Assembly (NCBI GenBank): GCA_951406725.2
Contig: OX597822.1
Coordinates: forward strand, 104,966,001 to 105,030,000
Length of the DNA: 64,000 nt
Direction of reading: 5' to 3'
Origin: Octopus vulgaris
Taxonomy: Eukaryota
The translations under genes were made by a program, and so were the position numbers. The notes beneath the pieces were generated by a model that saw only the letters and a list, made by a program, of their open reading frames with translations, was not told the origin of the DNA and did no database searches. How positions within the stretch are numbered: position 1 is the stretch's first letter; every line of letters begins with the position of its first letter. Of the stretch, positions 41,524 to 56,127 are shown piece after piece.

Positions 41524-41776
41524 TAGTTTTATTTTTATAGCGTGCTTTCACTTCACTACCGAGCGCAGCTCTGTGTGCCTTGGGTATGTGCTGTGATTTG
41601 TTGTGATGCTCTGGTGGTTATTGTATGGAAAGTGTTCTGCGTAGGATGTGTGCAGTGCCTAGTAGTGCAATTTTCTGTATGTTATATGTGTTTGTAAGTC
41701 CTGGTGTTTTTGTTATGTATTTGTCTGAATATTTTTTTATCATGCCTAATGCACCTACTATGATAGGAATTGTTAC
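41521..41776 (-). mobile_element. RLE LINE family 2, 3' end inserted in (TAA)n; last ~80 bp repeated at 41853-41932
   Basis: TIPIIVGALGMIKKYSDKYITKTPGLTNTYNIQKIALLGTAHILRRTLSIQ*. Confidence 0.85.
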
Positions 41777-41789
41777 TAGGAATAATTAC

Positions 41790-41838
<49 letters not shown>

Positions 41839-42014
41839 ATTATTATTATTATTCAGTAGTTTTATTTTTATAGCGTGCTTTCACTTCACTACCGAGCGCA
41901 GCTCTGTGTGCCTTGGGTATGTGCTGTGATTTTATTATTATTATTATTATTATTATTACCTGGAATCGAACCTCGGAATCTTGGGGTTAGTAGCCCGCGT
42001 TCTTAACCACTGCG

Positions 42015-42053
<39 letters not shown>

Positions 42054-42652
42054 TATACATATATATATATACATACACATTCGAGATAATACATAATTAC
42101 AGATAGTATTTACGGAATTCTGATTTACTGTCGGGTGACTTTTGGCGAACCATGTATACTTATGCATGTGATTGTGTGTGTGTGTGTGCGTGTGCGCATA
42201 TGCGTATATGTATGTGTGTAAACGTTTGTTTGACAGACTGACCGATGTACACCTTATAAATTTGGTAGATTTTAAATATTTCATATATGTATATCGTACC
42301 TGGCAGGATTCGAACTCGTACCCTTAATTTCTAAACTGAGCGTAGTAACACCACTTTGGAATGAGCGTTGCGATTGTTAGTCGTATTAGTTACTGAGTTC
42401 GGAAAGATTAAAGGCAAAATTAGACAGGAAAGATGAAAGGCAACTGGTAGGGGTGGTTGGTTATAGTTTCAGATAAACGTAAACATCAATAAGAATTTGT
42501 ATAATTCTGTTTATAAAGTTATCTCATTATGAACGAGGAAACATATTTAATATTTAATTTGCATATTTTAATGTATGAACTATTCTGAATATTAGAAATG
42601 ATGCTTAATATTGACTGATATTCTTATATGTTTCAGATAAACTCATTTCGAA

Positions 42653-42796
42653 ATGGCGACCACTGCAAACGCAGTGGCTGTGGCAACGACACCGCCGACG
42701 GCTACAACCCCGACCACCAACACCGCAACTACACCAGATGATAAAAGTTCACGTCAATTTCCTAAGGCTGGCACACGAGCTCTTCTCATCGAAAAG
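42653..42796 (+). CDS. First coding exon of an unidentified host gene (exon 42637-42796; Thr/Pro/Ala-rich N-terminus)
   Basis: Acceptor tttcag at 42636, in-frame TAA upstream, gaaATGG start, MATTANAVAVATTPPTATTPTTNTATTPDDKSSRQFPKAGTRALLIEK, donor AAG|gtaaag phase 0; GC-richer than flanks. Confidence 0.65.
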
Positions 42797-43442
42797 GTAA
42801 AGTACTTCCTAAATGTCATATTAAAATTAGTGTGTTGTAGGAGGCGGCGAGAAATTGTACTTAGCAATAATAGAATGCAAATAACTGGTAAATCGGCGAT
42901 ATTGTAGGTTTAATATAAACATTGTCATACCACCGAAGGCAAAATTCTTTGGATTCACCGATGTCAGATACTTGGAAACAAAGCAAATCAATTCCATTGA
43001 AGTATTCTCATAACTTTAATTAGGTCGTGTAATGTAAAAATAGAGTTCTTTATTTGGAAATTTGATAAAAGACAGCACATGTGTGATAAATGTCAAAGCT
43101 TGAAAGTCATAAATATAGCAGTTACACTTGTAAGAATAAATAATAATCATTTCTCATCTAACAAAACCGTTATAACTTTCCATTAGACGTGTTAGATACA
43201 TCAATGTGTTTCATATCATTTCAGTTTATTAAGTTAGCTGTTGTAAAATAGAAACAAAAGACAAAAAAACAAAACGACAATAACGGATATTTTTATCGAA
43301 ATCATATGAACATATGAAGTACGGAATAACTGAAAATATTTGTTTTATTCATTGGAAATTTTAAAAGAATATTTCAAATCAAAAATATATAATATACAAG
43401 TATATATTATCAATGGAGAATAATAAAATTTTATACTCACAC

Positions 43443-43507
<65 letters not shown>

Positions 43508-44051
43508 TCTCTCTCTATCTATCTATCTCTCTCTCTATATATATATCGATCTAACTATCTGCCTGTATGTCTGTCGGTCTATCTATCGATCATCAGACCG
43601 ATCTATGAATATATCCCTCTACATATATGTATACATACAGACATACATATATATAATATATATACACACACACATATATATATATATACATTACATATGT
43701 ACATATAAATGAACATACCTATATGTGTGTATGTATATATAGTCTATAGTATATATATATATATATATATATATATACTTATATATACGTATATCTATAT
43801 ATATAAAACTGAGAATGTGTGTGTCTGTCTGTATGTATGTATTTGTGTGTGTGAGCATCATGCATGCGTGAATGTATGCATGGGGAACGTGCGTGAGCAT
43901 TAATTTTTCATACACTCCTGCAAAAATAACATGTGAAAATCATTCGTTCTACTTCACTGGAGATACACGCAAAGATCATCACGGTTTGGGAAAACTTAGC
44001 TTTTATGATACACGGTGCTTCGCATGGATTGTGAGTCACTTGGTCTGGGTG

Positions 44052-44590
44052 TTATGCAAATGATCCTGCCAGATTAGCCCCCAATGAACAGGATTCTTCA
44101 GCTTCTTCAGTAACTTCTTTGCCTTCGTCAAGCAGCTCTTCTAGGCCTTGTCTGTGAGAATCCGTCTCTTGCAATCTCTTGTACCTGTGGCAGCGAAGGT
44201 CCTCGTGCAGTGCCAAATTCATGTGTTTGACCTCAACACCCATCTCTCTCGCTAAATTCTCTATTCTTTTGTTCGGATTTTCATCACCAAATCCTAAGGT
44301 TTTGGATGAAATCGAGCTTGAGGACGCAGTCGGAATACCTGCTGTGTGGTTTCCTGCTGATCAAGGTTTTCCATATTCCCTTGCTACTATCCATGTCAAC
44401 TCTTACAAGTATTGAGCATTGAGCAGAAGCCATGATGGCACTCGGCGCGAATTATCACGATATAGGCAACTCTTTTCCAGGCTCCAGACGTCTTCCTTTC
44501 CTTCATTTTAGCTAAGCTTTTCTCAGCTACAACTCTAATCGTTATGCTCTCCAACGCCGTTGAATATTTGCTAATATATTGAGCCGTCCC
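44052..44590 (-). pseudogene. Decayed coding-like remnant, possibly a pogo/Tigger transposase C-terminus or retroelement ORF1
   Basis: Unique GC-richer sequence; broken frames ..KTSGAWKRV.. and ..GFGDENPNKRIENLAREMGVEV..HEDL..EELL. Confidence 0.3.
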
Positions 44591-44636
44591 TGAGAAAAGA
44601 GGGCATAAATACGGTCAACTTTATATATATTTGTGT

Positions 44637-44750
<114 letters not shown>

Positions 44751-45061
44751 AAATTGAGATAGAGGGTAATAATCTTATCTGCTTCGTATTGTTTAGAATC
44801 ACGAGTAAAGCCGATATAATTAATTTCGTATAGAAAACTTGACTGACATTCAATACTTTTCGATTTCGCATACCAATTTATTGTCGAAGAGAACTATAAG
44901 ATAGGATTACCAAATTTTCAGTAGGTGATATTTGTTATTTATCTCAAGCTTAAATGCTGACGGTTGTCTTTCAAAGGCGTTTATGTTAACTTGGAAATAA
45001 AGATATAACAGCATATGAGATGTCACAGAAATCAAAATGATTGTTGTGTAAACTTTTATAC

Positions 45062-45117
<56 letters not shown>

Positions 45118-45262
45118 TAGGCGCAGGAGTGGCTGAGTGGTAAATAGCTTACTTAGTAGCTACATGGTTCCTGGTTCAGTTAGTCCCATTGCTTGGTACC
45201 TTGGGCAAGTGACTTCTACTATAGCTTTGGGCCGTCCAAAGCCGTAATATTACAGAAAAAGA

Positions 45263-46300
<1,038 letters not shown>

Positions 46301-46574
46301 AAAAAAGCAACAAGAATGGATTAAAATCTCGGTACGATCGTTTCGTACGAGGACATCTTTAATAAGCTACAAAAAATGCAGTGAATACAGATGGCTCGTA
46401 CTCGTCAGCCGAAAAAATATCAGAGAATTCCCAACCATCAAAAGGGGTAGATATAAAAGAGGTTGTAGGATTAACTGCATTGAAGAAAGTTCGATTCATG
46501 GAGATCTGATGAAAGGTTTTAAACCTATAGAATTTATGCATGTCTACATATAGCTCATATTGGATACTTAACCG

Positions 46575-46605
<31 letters not shown>

Positions 46606-46686
46606 GTATATATATAAATGTATATAAGTGTGTGTGTATATAAATAAGTTATATACATAGAAAACACACTCACATATCACACACAA

Positions 46687-46729
<43 letters not shown>

Positions 46730-46891
46730 ATGTGTGTGTGTGTGTGCGTGTGTATATAGTTATAATTCAAAATAGTATATATATACGAAATAGTTAAGAT
46801 ACATTTGGGATGGTATTTATGAAATGTAAACAACTTCCTTTTAACAGACTACAGATGGAGTTATAAGTCAAAAATAATATCTTATATTACA

Positions 46892-47408
46892 CTAGCAGTA
46901 TCGCCCGGCGTTGCTCAGGTTTGTAAGGGAAATAACTATATAAGCATTTTTAGAGAGTTACTTCCTTTATAGATGCCAATTCGGGTTTTGTTAGCCATTT
47001 CTGTTTTGGTGTCTTCAAGCCATGAAGTCGTTGTTCTAAAAGAACGCTGGTCTCCTTGACAACGCATTACGACGTTGATTTCCTTAAACTCCCTTCCCCA
47101 CAGCTTCACGAGGGAGGGAAGAAGGGGGAGAAGCAAACACAGGTGCAGGTGTTTGAGCGTGGACGCCAACTCCGCCGCCATCGACACACGAAAAATTATG
47201 CATTAAAATGGAATAAAAAATGATGTTAAATTATTTTTAAAATCGTAGACTCATCGTAGACGCGCGCTAATACTCAGACAGGCTCGATATGAATCACGAC
47301 TATAAGATACCCGGTTTTGGTTAAACTGCACCGCAAAATGTGGGAGTAGTTAGGAATCTAAATCGAAGGGGACAGACACTCACAGAACTACAGTTTTATA
47401 TATATAGA
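46892..47408 (-). mobile_element. Non-autonomous Helitron
   Basis: Minus strand A|TC...subterminal hairpin...CTAG|T; 3' ~75 bp shared with 51010-51391. Confidence 0.8.
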
Positions 47409-47639
47409 TTAGATTGAAATGAAGATTAATCTTTATGAATGTTTGTAACTTTCGTTGTGTTCTAACTTATTAAACGAATGGTGTATTTTTGGTGACAGTA
47501 TATCATTAGTTAAAATTTAAAAGAGCTATTTGAAATCTCGAATATCCTAAAGATAAACATACATACATAGGTAAATATATATACGAACATACACACACAC
47601 ACACACACACGCACACACACACACACACACATTTAAAAA

Positions 47640-47910
47640 TGTATGTATATATGTATGTATACATGTATGTATGAATGTATGTATATATGTATATATGTAT
47701 TTTGAAAAGGAATGAAGCGTGCCAGTGGTTGTTGAACGACGCGAGAGGAAACTATGAAATAGGTTTAAATACAAAGTGCAAAGAATTATATAATTATATA
47801 GAGTGAGTAAAGATTTTAGTCGTACAATTAATGATGAATATAATTAAATAAATTAAGGAGAATATCAAGGTAGAACAGTAACTAAATTTTGTGATATATT
47901 TTGGAAATAT
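47640..47910 (+). repeat. Direct duplication, second copy at ~49110-49377
   Basis: Near-identical ttttgaaaaggaat...ttttggaaatat blocks plus adjacent (TATG) tract. Confidence 0.85.
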
Positions 47911-47922
47911 ATATACGGACAT

Positions 47923-47953
<31 letters not shown>

Positions 47954-48214
47954 AAATATGGGGTTTAGTTCACAGGTGATCTAAACGATTAGGTACGCTA
48001 GGCTCTGTCTGTTATTGAACGTTGATATGTTTGCATCTTTTTTTTCTGGATGTTTCCTATATCAGGGTTTTAACCCACATGCATCTACGCATGATTTCAC
48101 CCAAGGACTTATGCTCTTGCTTCCACAACATCGGAAAGTTGAACTATGAACTTTTATGCTTCTTTTTATTTTCTCTCATCATCTCCTTATACATTTACTC
48201 CCTTCCTCTATATC

Positions 48215-48445
48215 TATTTCTTTATTAGCCACAAGGGGCTAAACACAGAGAGAGGACAAACAAAGACAGACAAACGGATTAAGTCGATTATATCGACCCC
48301 AGTGCGTAACTGGTACTTAATTTATCGACCCCGAAAGGATGAAAGGCAAAGTCGACCTCGGCGGAATTTGAACTCAGAACGTAACGGCAGATGAAATACG
48401 CCTACGCATTTTGCCCGGCGTGCTAACTTTTCTGCCAGCTCGCCT
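48215..48445 (-). mobile_element. SINE family B
   Basis: Reverse-complement homology. Confidence 0.85.
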
Positions 48446-48689
48446 CTATATAATAATCTCATTAATATATACCATTCTCATTTTCCCTATTTCCCCTATT
48501 TATCCCTGATAACGGAATATCCCATATTTGGGGATATCCCAGAATCAGCTGTAACACTGAATTTATTTCCAATAGTAATATTCTATACGACTTGAGATGT
48601 TTGTCTCGCCTTAACGTTTGTTATCCTCTTTAACAATTTTATACAAACATACATGCATACATACATACATACATAATACATACACAAGA

Positions 48690-48965
48690 GCACTCCGTCG
48701 GTTACGACGACGGGGGTCCCAGCTGATACGACCAATGGAACAGCTTACTCGTGAAATTAACGCAAGGAGATTCAGCGTGATACAGAGTGTGACAAGGCTG
48801 GCCCTTTTTTGAAATACAGGTACTACTCATTTTTGCCAGTTGAGTGGACTGGAGGAATGTGAAATAAAGTGTCTTGCTCAAGGACACAACGCGTCGCCGG
48901 GAATCGAACTCACAACCTTACGATCATGAGCCGAATGCCCTAACCACTAAGCCACGCACCCTCAC
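48690..48965 (-). mobile_element. SINE, H2 head/body + T1 tail
   Basis: Head like 3493; tail gtcgtaaccgacggagtgc like 8143-8170. Confidence 0.8.
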
Positions 48966-48981
48966 ATAATACATACATACT

Positions 48982-49025
<44 letters not shown>

Positions 49026-49827
49026 TGTATATATGTATGTATATATGTATGTATACATGTATGTATGAATGTATGTATATATGTATGTATACATGTATGT
49101 ATGAATGTATGTATATATGTATGTATACATGTATGTATGAATGTATGTATATATGTATATATGTATTTTGAAAAGGAATAAAGCGTGCCAGTGGTTGTTG
49201 AACGACGCGAGAGGAAACTATGAAATAGGTTTAAATACAAAGTGCGAAGAATTATATAATTATATAGAGTGAGTAAAGATTTTAGTCGTACAATTAATGA
49301 TGAATATAAATAAATTAATTAAGGAGAATATGAAGGTAGAATAGTAACTAAATTTTGTGATTTATTTTGGAAATATTGTTGTTTACCTTACATATTTCTT
49401 ACAAGGAAAATATATTTGAGATTCTCTTCGTTTCGTTTAGAGTGCAATAACTTACTACCTCGCATCATGGTGCTCCATTATAAATAATTTTTCTTTATAG
49501 TTCTATATGAAAACTAAAACCCTTCCCATCCATACTTAATATATCTTCTAATATTTTACTTGTAGTGCTTCCTTCTCTTTTCCTTACAATCTCTCGCACT
49601 TGATATTTCTTTTTCGCATTTGAATATAATACAAATATTCTTTACCTATGCGTTTTCAAAACATAAGCTTTTAAAGAATCCTTGAATGTTAACAATAAAT
49701 TGTATTTCGCTGAACAAAATACATCATTCGTTTGATAAGCTCGAATAGAGAGAAAAATATCCATCCACAATGAATCATATTCATTTTGATTGAATATCAT
49801 ATATATGTACACATTTACACACACACA

Positions 49828-49906
<79 letters not shown>

Positions 49907-51009
49907 GTTTGTGGCTATGTGGTAAGGAGCTTTCTTCCCAACCACATGGTTCCGGGTTCAGACCCATTACCTGTAATGAAATGGAAATAAATATTGTTTC
50001 AGTTTAAGTATTTCGATCAGTTCATAACATTGAAGTTTTGATATTAGAATATTTAAAAGCAAAAGAATGAAGTACGATAAAATCCTAATAATATTTAGTC
50101 TCAATCCACAAACTTCTGTAATTTTGAGGTCTATTGTGAGATTTATACAATCTAACAAGAACAAATTTACGATTCTTTGTCTGGGTTAAGTCATGTGCAC
50201 TTCTATCTTCGTGATATCCAATTAAATACTTTTATAATTAATGTACGCATTTTAGAGTCAATTAGTTCCCGTCATTTAATAACCTATAATTAGAGCGAAA
50301 GATATACCATATCTCTTCCAAGCATAGATTACACTTCGATTTGCCAATAGTATACGTTGAGGCGCTTCTAAAAATTATCCATTTGCGATCACATAGGTTC
50401 TACATCAAAGGATTTTAGAACACTTATACACTTATCCAGCGGAAATACGTATCGGATTAGAATTTAATGAGAATTATACTGTAATAAAGAAATTTTGCAG
50501 ATATATAAATCTCCATCCTTCTTTATATTATGTGTATATATGTCTGTACATATAAGAATATATAGCCATATATTTATACGCATCTGTACACACATACACA
50601 CACACGCCTACATGTATATCTACATATTCTTATAAGTACACACATACATATGTATATATATTTGTATATATGCATGTATGTATAAATATAGATATGCATA
50701 TACACACATATATATGCTATACATATACATATAACATACATATATGAGGTTATATATATATATGTATATATGATTACACACACACAAACACGCGCACATA
50801 CATGCACAAAAAATACATACACACACATATATATATATGTGTGTGTATATATATGTGTATATATATATGTGTGTGTATATATATGTGTATATATATATGT
50901 ATATATAATATATATGTATATATAATATATATGTATATATATGTATATAAAATATATATGTATATATAATATATATGTATATATGTGTATATATATATGT
51001 GTATATATA

Positions 51010-51391
51010 TCTCTCTATATATAAACGGCAGTTTGTCTGTGTGTGTTTCTGTGTGTCTGTCAGGTTGTACCCTCACCCTGACCACGGCTTTCAACCGATT
51101 CTGATGAAACTTGACACACACATAGCCCAATGTCATAATTCAAAACTAACGCAGCGAAAATTTTGAAAAGTTCCCCCAGTTCTGAAAAAAATCGATAAAT
51201 TCGACATGGGGTCGAGAATCAGAAAGACAAACCACAGACTGTCTAAGGGACGCAACTCGACCTTTTTAACTCAAAAAAATTTACCATCATTTTTTTTTCC
51301 ATTTTTTTTCTATTTTTTGGCTATAACTCTCTAAAAATGCTTTATAGTTATTTCCTTTACAAACCCGAGCAACGCCGGGCGATACTGCTAG
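51010..51391 (+). mobile_element. Non-autonomous Helitron
   Basis: A|TCTCTCTATATATAAA... acccgagcaacgccgggc hairpin, gatactgCTAG|T. Confidence 0.85.
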
Positions 51392-51844
51392 TGTGTGTAT
51401 ATATGTATATATATATATGTGTACATATATGTATATATATCTGAGAATCTTCTGTTGAAATGAGAGGAAAGGTAATGAAGTTTAAATTATTTTTTTTATA
51501 TTTTAGAGATTGATCACATTCAAAGTGATTTCTTAATTGTAAAATATTTTCAAATACAAATTCTCTGAGATATATTGAGTGCAGTTCAAAGTTACTGCTT
51601 ACTTCATGAATAAAATAAAGATGAATATGATAAGAAAATCGATTTCCTTACATAAAAATATAACAAAGATGCGAGCGATGTAAGTGAGCACTGCTTATCC
51701 CTTCCTGATGACGTTTAGTTTTGCGATTGATATCAATGAACTGAAAGGCAATCGTTACGAATATTTCTTGACAAAAGTTCATCCTTCAGTAACTATGAAT
51801 CAAAGCTTCCGATTTCGTCTGAATGAGGAAGAATAACACTTATA

Positions 51845-52257
51845 CCTATTTCTTTACTACCCACAAGGGGCTAAACACAGAGAGGACAAACAAGGACAGA
51901 GAAACGGATTAAGTCGATTGTATCGACCCCAGTGCGTAACTGGTACATATTTAATCGACCTCGAAAGGATGAAAGGCAAAGTCGACCTCGGCGGAATTTG
52001 AACTCAGAACGTAACGGCAGACGAAATATCTATTTCTTTACTACCCACAAGGGGCTAAACACAGAGAGGACAAACAAGGACAGACATAGGTATTAAGTCG
52101 ATTACATCGATCCCAGTGCGTAACTGGTACTTTAATTTATCGACCCCGAAAGGATGAAAGGCAAAGTCGACCTCGGCGAAATTTGAACTCAGAACGTAAC
52201 GGCAGACGAAATACTGCTAAGCATTTCACCCGGCGTGCTAACGTTTCTGCCAGCTCG
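51845..52257 (-). mobile_element. SINE family B with two tandem internal units
   Basis: Same unit as the 5905-6630 array. Confidence 0.85.
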
Positions 52258-53513
52258 AAGAATGACACTTATACCATTAAGGTTTACACCGATGTGAATC
52301 CCAAGATAATGAAAGACGTTACAACCATGACCATTTCATCTAGAAAAACATAATTTGACCACTTTGCGTACATGAAATGAATTATACTGTAATGCTTACA
52401 ACGAGTGGCTCAGGATGATCTTGATACAAATAAGCAGGAGTACTGATTTTGTATATTTACATATATTTCAATGAAAATATTGTCATAATGTGGCGATTTT
52501 TGGATTCGTTTGGTATCAGTGCAGGACCTCCCGAGACCAGATGGTTTATTGTTTCGTCAAATAAGTCACAGAATCTGCATTTAAGGTCAGAATCTTTGAA
52601 GAACGTTAGCCTGGTAGTTTTTGGTAAGCAAGCTTTGATCTTGTGCCGCCCATACGAAACCTTCAGTCACTGCTTTATCATCATCATCATCATCGTCGTC
52701 ATCGTCGTCGTCGGCAGCAGCAGCATCAGAGCGGTGAGCTGCCACAATCGTTGGCATTCTGGACAATCACTTCTTGTTATTCAGTCCGTATTCTGAGTTC
52801 AAGTTTCGCGAAGGTCAGCTTTGCCTTTCACCATTTCGGGGCCGATAAAATAAGTACCACTTAAACACTCGGGTCTATAAAATAGGCTAATCCTCTTCCT
52901 TAAAAGTTCCTACCTTGTGTGTATAGCAGAAAGGATTGTTATAATCATCTATAGTTAATACTACCATATTTCCTTTAGTCTGCTTTTAACAAAACAATCC
53001 CACACCGGTTTCTTCTGAATATGGTTTTTACAACAATATTCAATACGTGTGTAAATTTTCTTGGGAGTCAGTTAAATCTGATTTGAGAGAGATTTGTCAT
53101 TTCTAGGAAGACATGTGATCGCATAGATTTTCCCCACATTTACTTTCTTACAGACAAGCTGTTTATTTCGTCTTTTAATAGCATAAGCGAATAAACCAAG
53201 TTTTCAAATATTTGATGAGGGCGCAGAAGTGGCATTCTTCTATGAGCCTAACTACAAGCAATTTCTCAAGGAAGAAACCTAGACAAACGGACAGGCAAAG
53301 ATAAAACTCTGAGAAATGAGAAAAACCGACTTCAATACAGGACTGGTTCATTGTTTGTCAACTTGGAAAGGGGTAAAGTTATCATCGGCGTAATTTGAAC
53401 TCAGAGCGCATTGTTTTGGAACAATTATCAGAGATCGACCTCTCCAACTCTCTAAAAATTCTGCCGACTAGCCTCCCAACTCAGTATGTTACTGCCATTT
53501 CATTAACAATTCT

Positions 53514-54320
53514 GTGCAATCAGAGGCACAATCAGTGCGTGACCTGGGTATTCACATGAGTGATGACGCGACCTTTCATGTACATGTTGCTAAACTGACA
53601 ATGAAAAGCAGACGGCTGGCTGGCTGGATTCTTAGAACCTTTAGAACAAGAGAACAAGAAACCATGATGGTCCTCTGGAAGACACTTGTCCTAAGCCACT
53701 TTGACTATTGCTCTCAGCTATGGTCACCATCCAGTGTCAAGTTGATCACAGAACTTGAGGCGATCCAACGAAGCTACACGAAGAAGATAGCCTCTGTGCA
53801 GCATACGAGCTACTGGGAGAGACTCAAGAGATTAAAGCTCTATTCCCTGGAGCGTAGGCGAGAAAGATATGCCATAATATATATCTGGAAGATCCTGGAA
53901 GGTCTTGTCCCAGACTTTGGCATCGAGAGTCACACAAACGCCAGAACCGGACGCCACTGCGTAGTACCAAGGACTCCAAATTTGCCATCAAGGTGTAGGA
54001 CAAGATATTGTGATAGCCTGGGCTTCAGAGGCCCACGGCTCTTCAATGTCCTCCCGAAGAACCTCAGGGACCTGCATGGTGTAGATGCGGATGTCTTTAA
54101 AGTAGGACTGGATCTCTTCCTGTCAGGTGTCCCGGATGAACCAACTTCACGGCAGGAGGTGCAGATGAGGGCAGCTGCATCGAACTCTCTCATGCATCAG
54201 ATGGCGTTTGCTAAAAGCATCCGTGAGGTAAACCCGTGTAGCAAACCAAATGGCGGTGCCCCAGCATGGCCACAGCTCATTAGCTGAAACTGGAAAACTC
54301 AAAATCAAAATCAAAATCAA
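53514..54320 (+). mobile_element. 5'-truncated CR1/L2-group LINE: open ORF2 C-terminus, 3' stem-loop, (AAAATC)n tail
   Basis: 257-aa frame with VRDLGI, HFDYCSQLWSP, LEAIQR, SYWERLKRLKLYSLERRRER, PRLFNVLP..LR, FK..LD. Confidence 0.9.
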
Positions 54321-55353
54321 TGAAAGACAAATATAACTAGTTGTGATTCGAAATCGTAACCACGACAAATAAAACGCATTATTATGAAACATGTAGGGAG
54401 AGGCTCGACTACATTAGTACTCGCATGAAACCCAGAATATTTAATTAAATCAGATTATGGAGCTAATCTCACTTTTTGAAATGCAGCATGCAGCGTACAC
54501 AAGGCATTCTCTCTGTCTATTCTGTGACGATTTACTTCTGAATCACAAAGGAATGCTTAAAGAGAACACAGTATCATTTCTTGAACAACAGCAGGCAGGA
54601 TTAGTTTATAGTTATTCTATATTACCCTGGAAGCAAAATAAATATTATTTCTTGGACATACTTAAAAATACGGGATTTGTTTCTATAATATTCATGTAGG
54701 CACATATAAGCGTACATATTCTCCCACACAATGACACACACATATATGTCTCTAGTTATCAGTATGTATGTATATTTTGAGTATATTAAATATACACACA
54801 TAAGTATGTACATATATATATGTGTATATATATATATATATATGTGTGTGTTATATAGTTGTGTATACACCTATACACGCGCACGTGCCTACGCATGGAG
54901 AACTAGATGAATTACATGCGTGTGTGTATGGGCTTTCAAAGAAGGAGCAGTAATCAATCGTTGACAAAACTATAAGACACATGAAAAGGAGAGATGTCTC
55001 TGATATTTAAAACCAGTGAGAAACTAGAATAGCGGTGTGGATCGTACGTGTTCTTTAATATGACATATTCTCAGTATTAGTTATAAGCATGTAGGTGTAT
55101 ATTTCTATAATCATGTGATACTATATTAAAAATAATGCTTTCGGCAGTTTACAACGTATCCTTAAACAATTTGCGGCTTGCTGTTATAGCTTTTGTGAGC
55201 AGATTGTTTGATGTTAATGTTTTCTGCTCCAGCTTTTGTTACAGCTGTCTCGACAATATTAAATATTTTCTACTTTAATGCAACGGCTGACAACGAAATA
55301 AACAGAGAAATGGCTACACTCTGCCTATGCCAAGTCCAATATCCACCTGTCTC

Positions 55354-55436
<83 letters not shown>

Positions 55437-55646
55437 GTTTGTATGTATAACGAGAACACGAATGACGTTTAAAATTTACGGCACCTGTTTCGGTAGAATT
55501 TTACTGATGTTATAATACGTTACGTTATCACATGCAATCAACCATCTTCAGGTAAGACGTCAAACAGGTGAGATTCGATAAATGAAACCGGACAAATCTG
55601 ACGTAAACATGAAATATGTGTGTATGTGTATGAGTATATATATGTA

Positions 55647-55712
<66 letters not shown>

Positions 55713-56127
55713 GGCGCAGTTGTGGCTGTGTGGTAAGAAACGTGCTTCCCAACCACATGGTTCCGGCTTCAGTCCCACTAAGTGGCACCTTGGGCAAGTG
55801 TCTTGTCCTGTAGCCTCGGGCCGACCAAAGTTTTGTGAGTGGATTTGGTAGACGGTATAAAGGTTGAATTGAATTTCCTCCTTCAATAGGGAGGCTGAAT
55901 TAAGTGACGTCTTTTAATTTCGCGGACCTCCTAAATCCTACTCTGCTATTTCGTTTATTAAGTCCTTTGTAAAAAAAATTGTCTATACTTCTTGTACTGA
56001 TGAGTACTGTGATATAGGACTAAATTAATTAATTTAGTTATTTCTATTCAACCATGAATTAGCATGATTTTTATATCGCTGTTCGATCGTCTGTATATAT
56101 ATACACATATGTATACATGTATGCATG

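Larger units (their letters stand above)
41300..42018 (-). mobile_element. tRNA-headed element with (TAA)n spacer and HHR-bearing tail, interrupted by RLE LINE ends
   Basis: Head gtggcgcagtggttaag...ggttcgattcc (41959-42018); HHR-like motif 41351-41396. Confidence 0.6.

Noticed and set aside
46330-46372. HHR-like remnants (also ~24925, ~27470, ~48505, ~58860)
   Set aside because: Core nucleotides too degenerate to support
53930-54193. 87-aa minus-strand ORF
   Set aside because: Antisense shadow of the LINE ORF2
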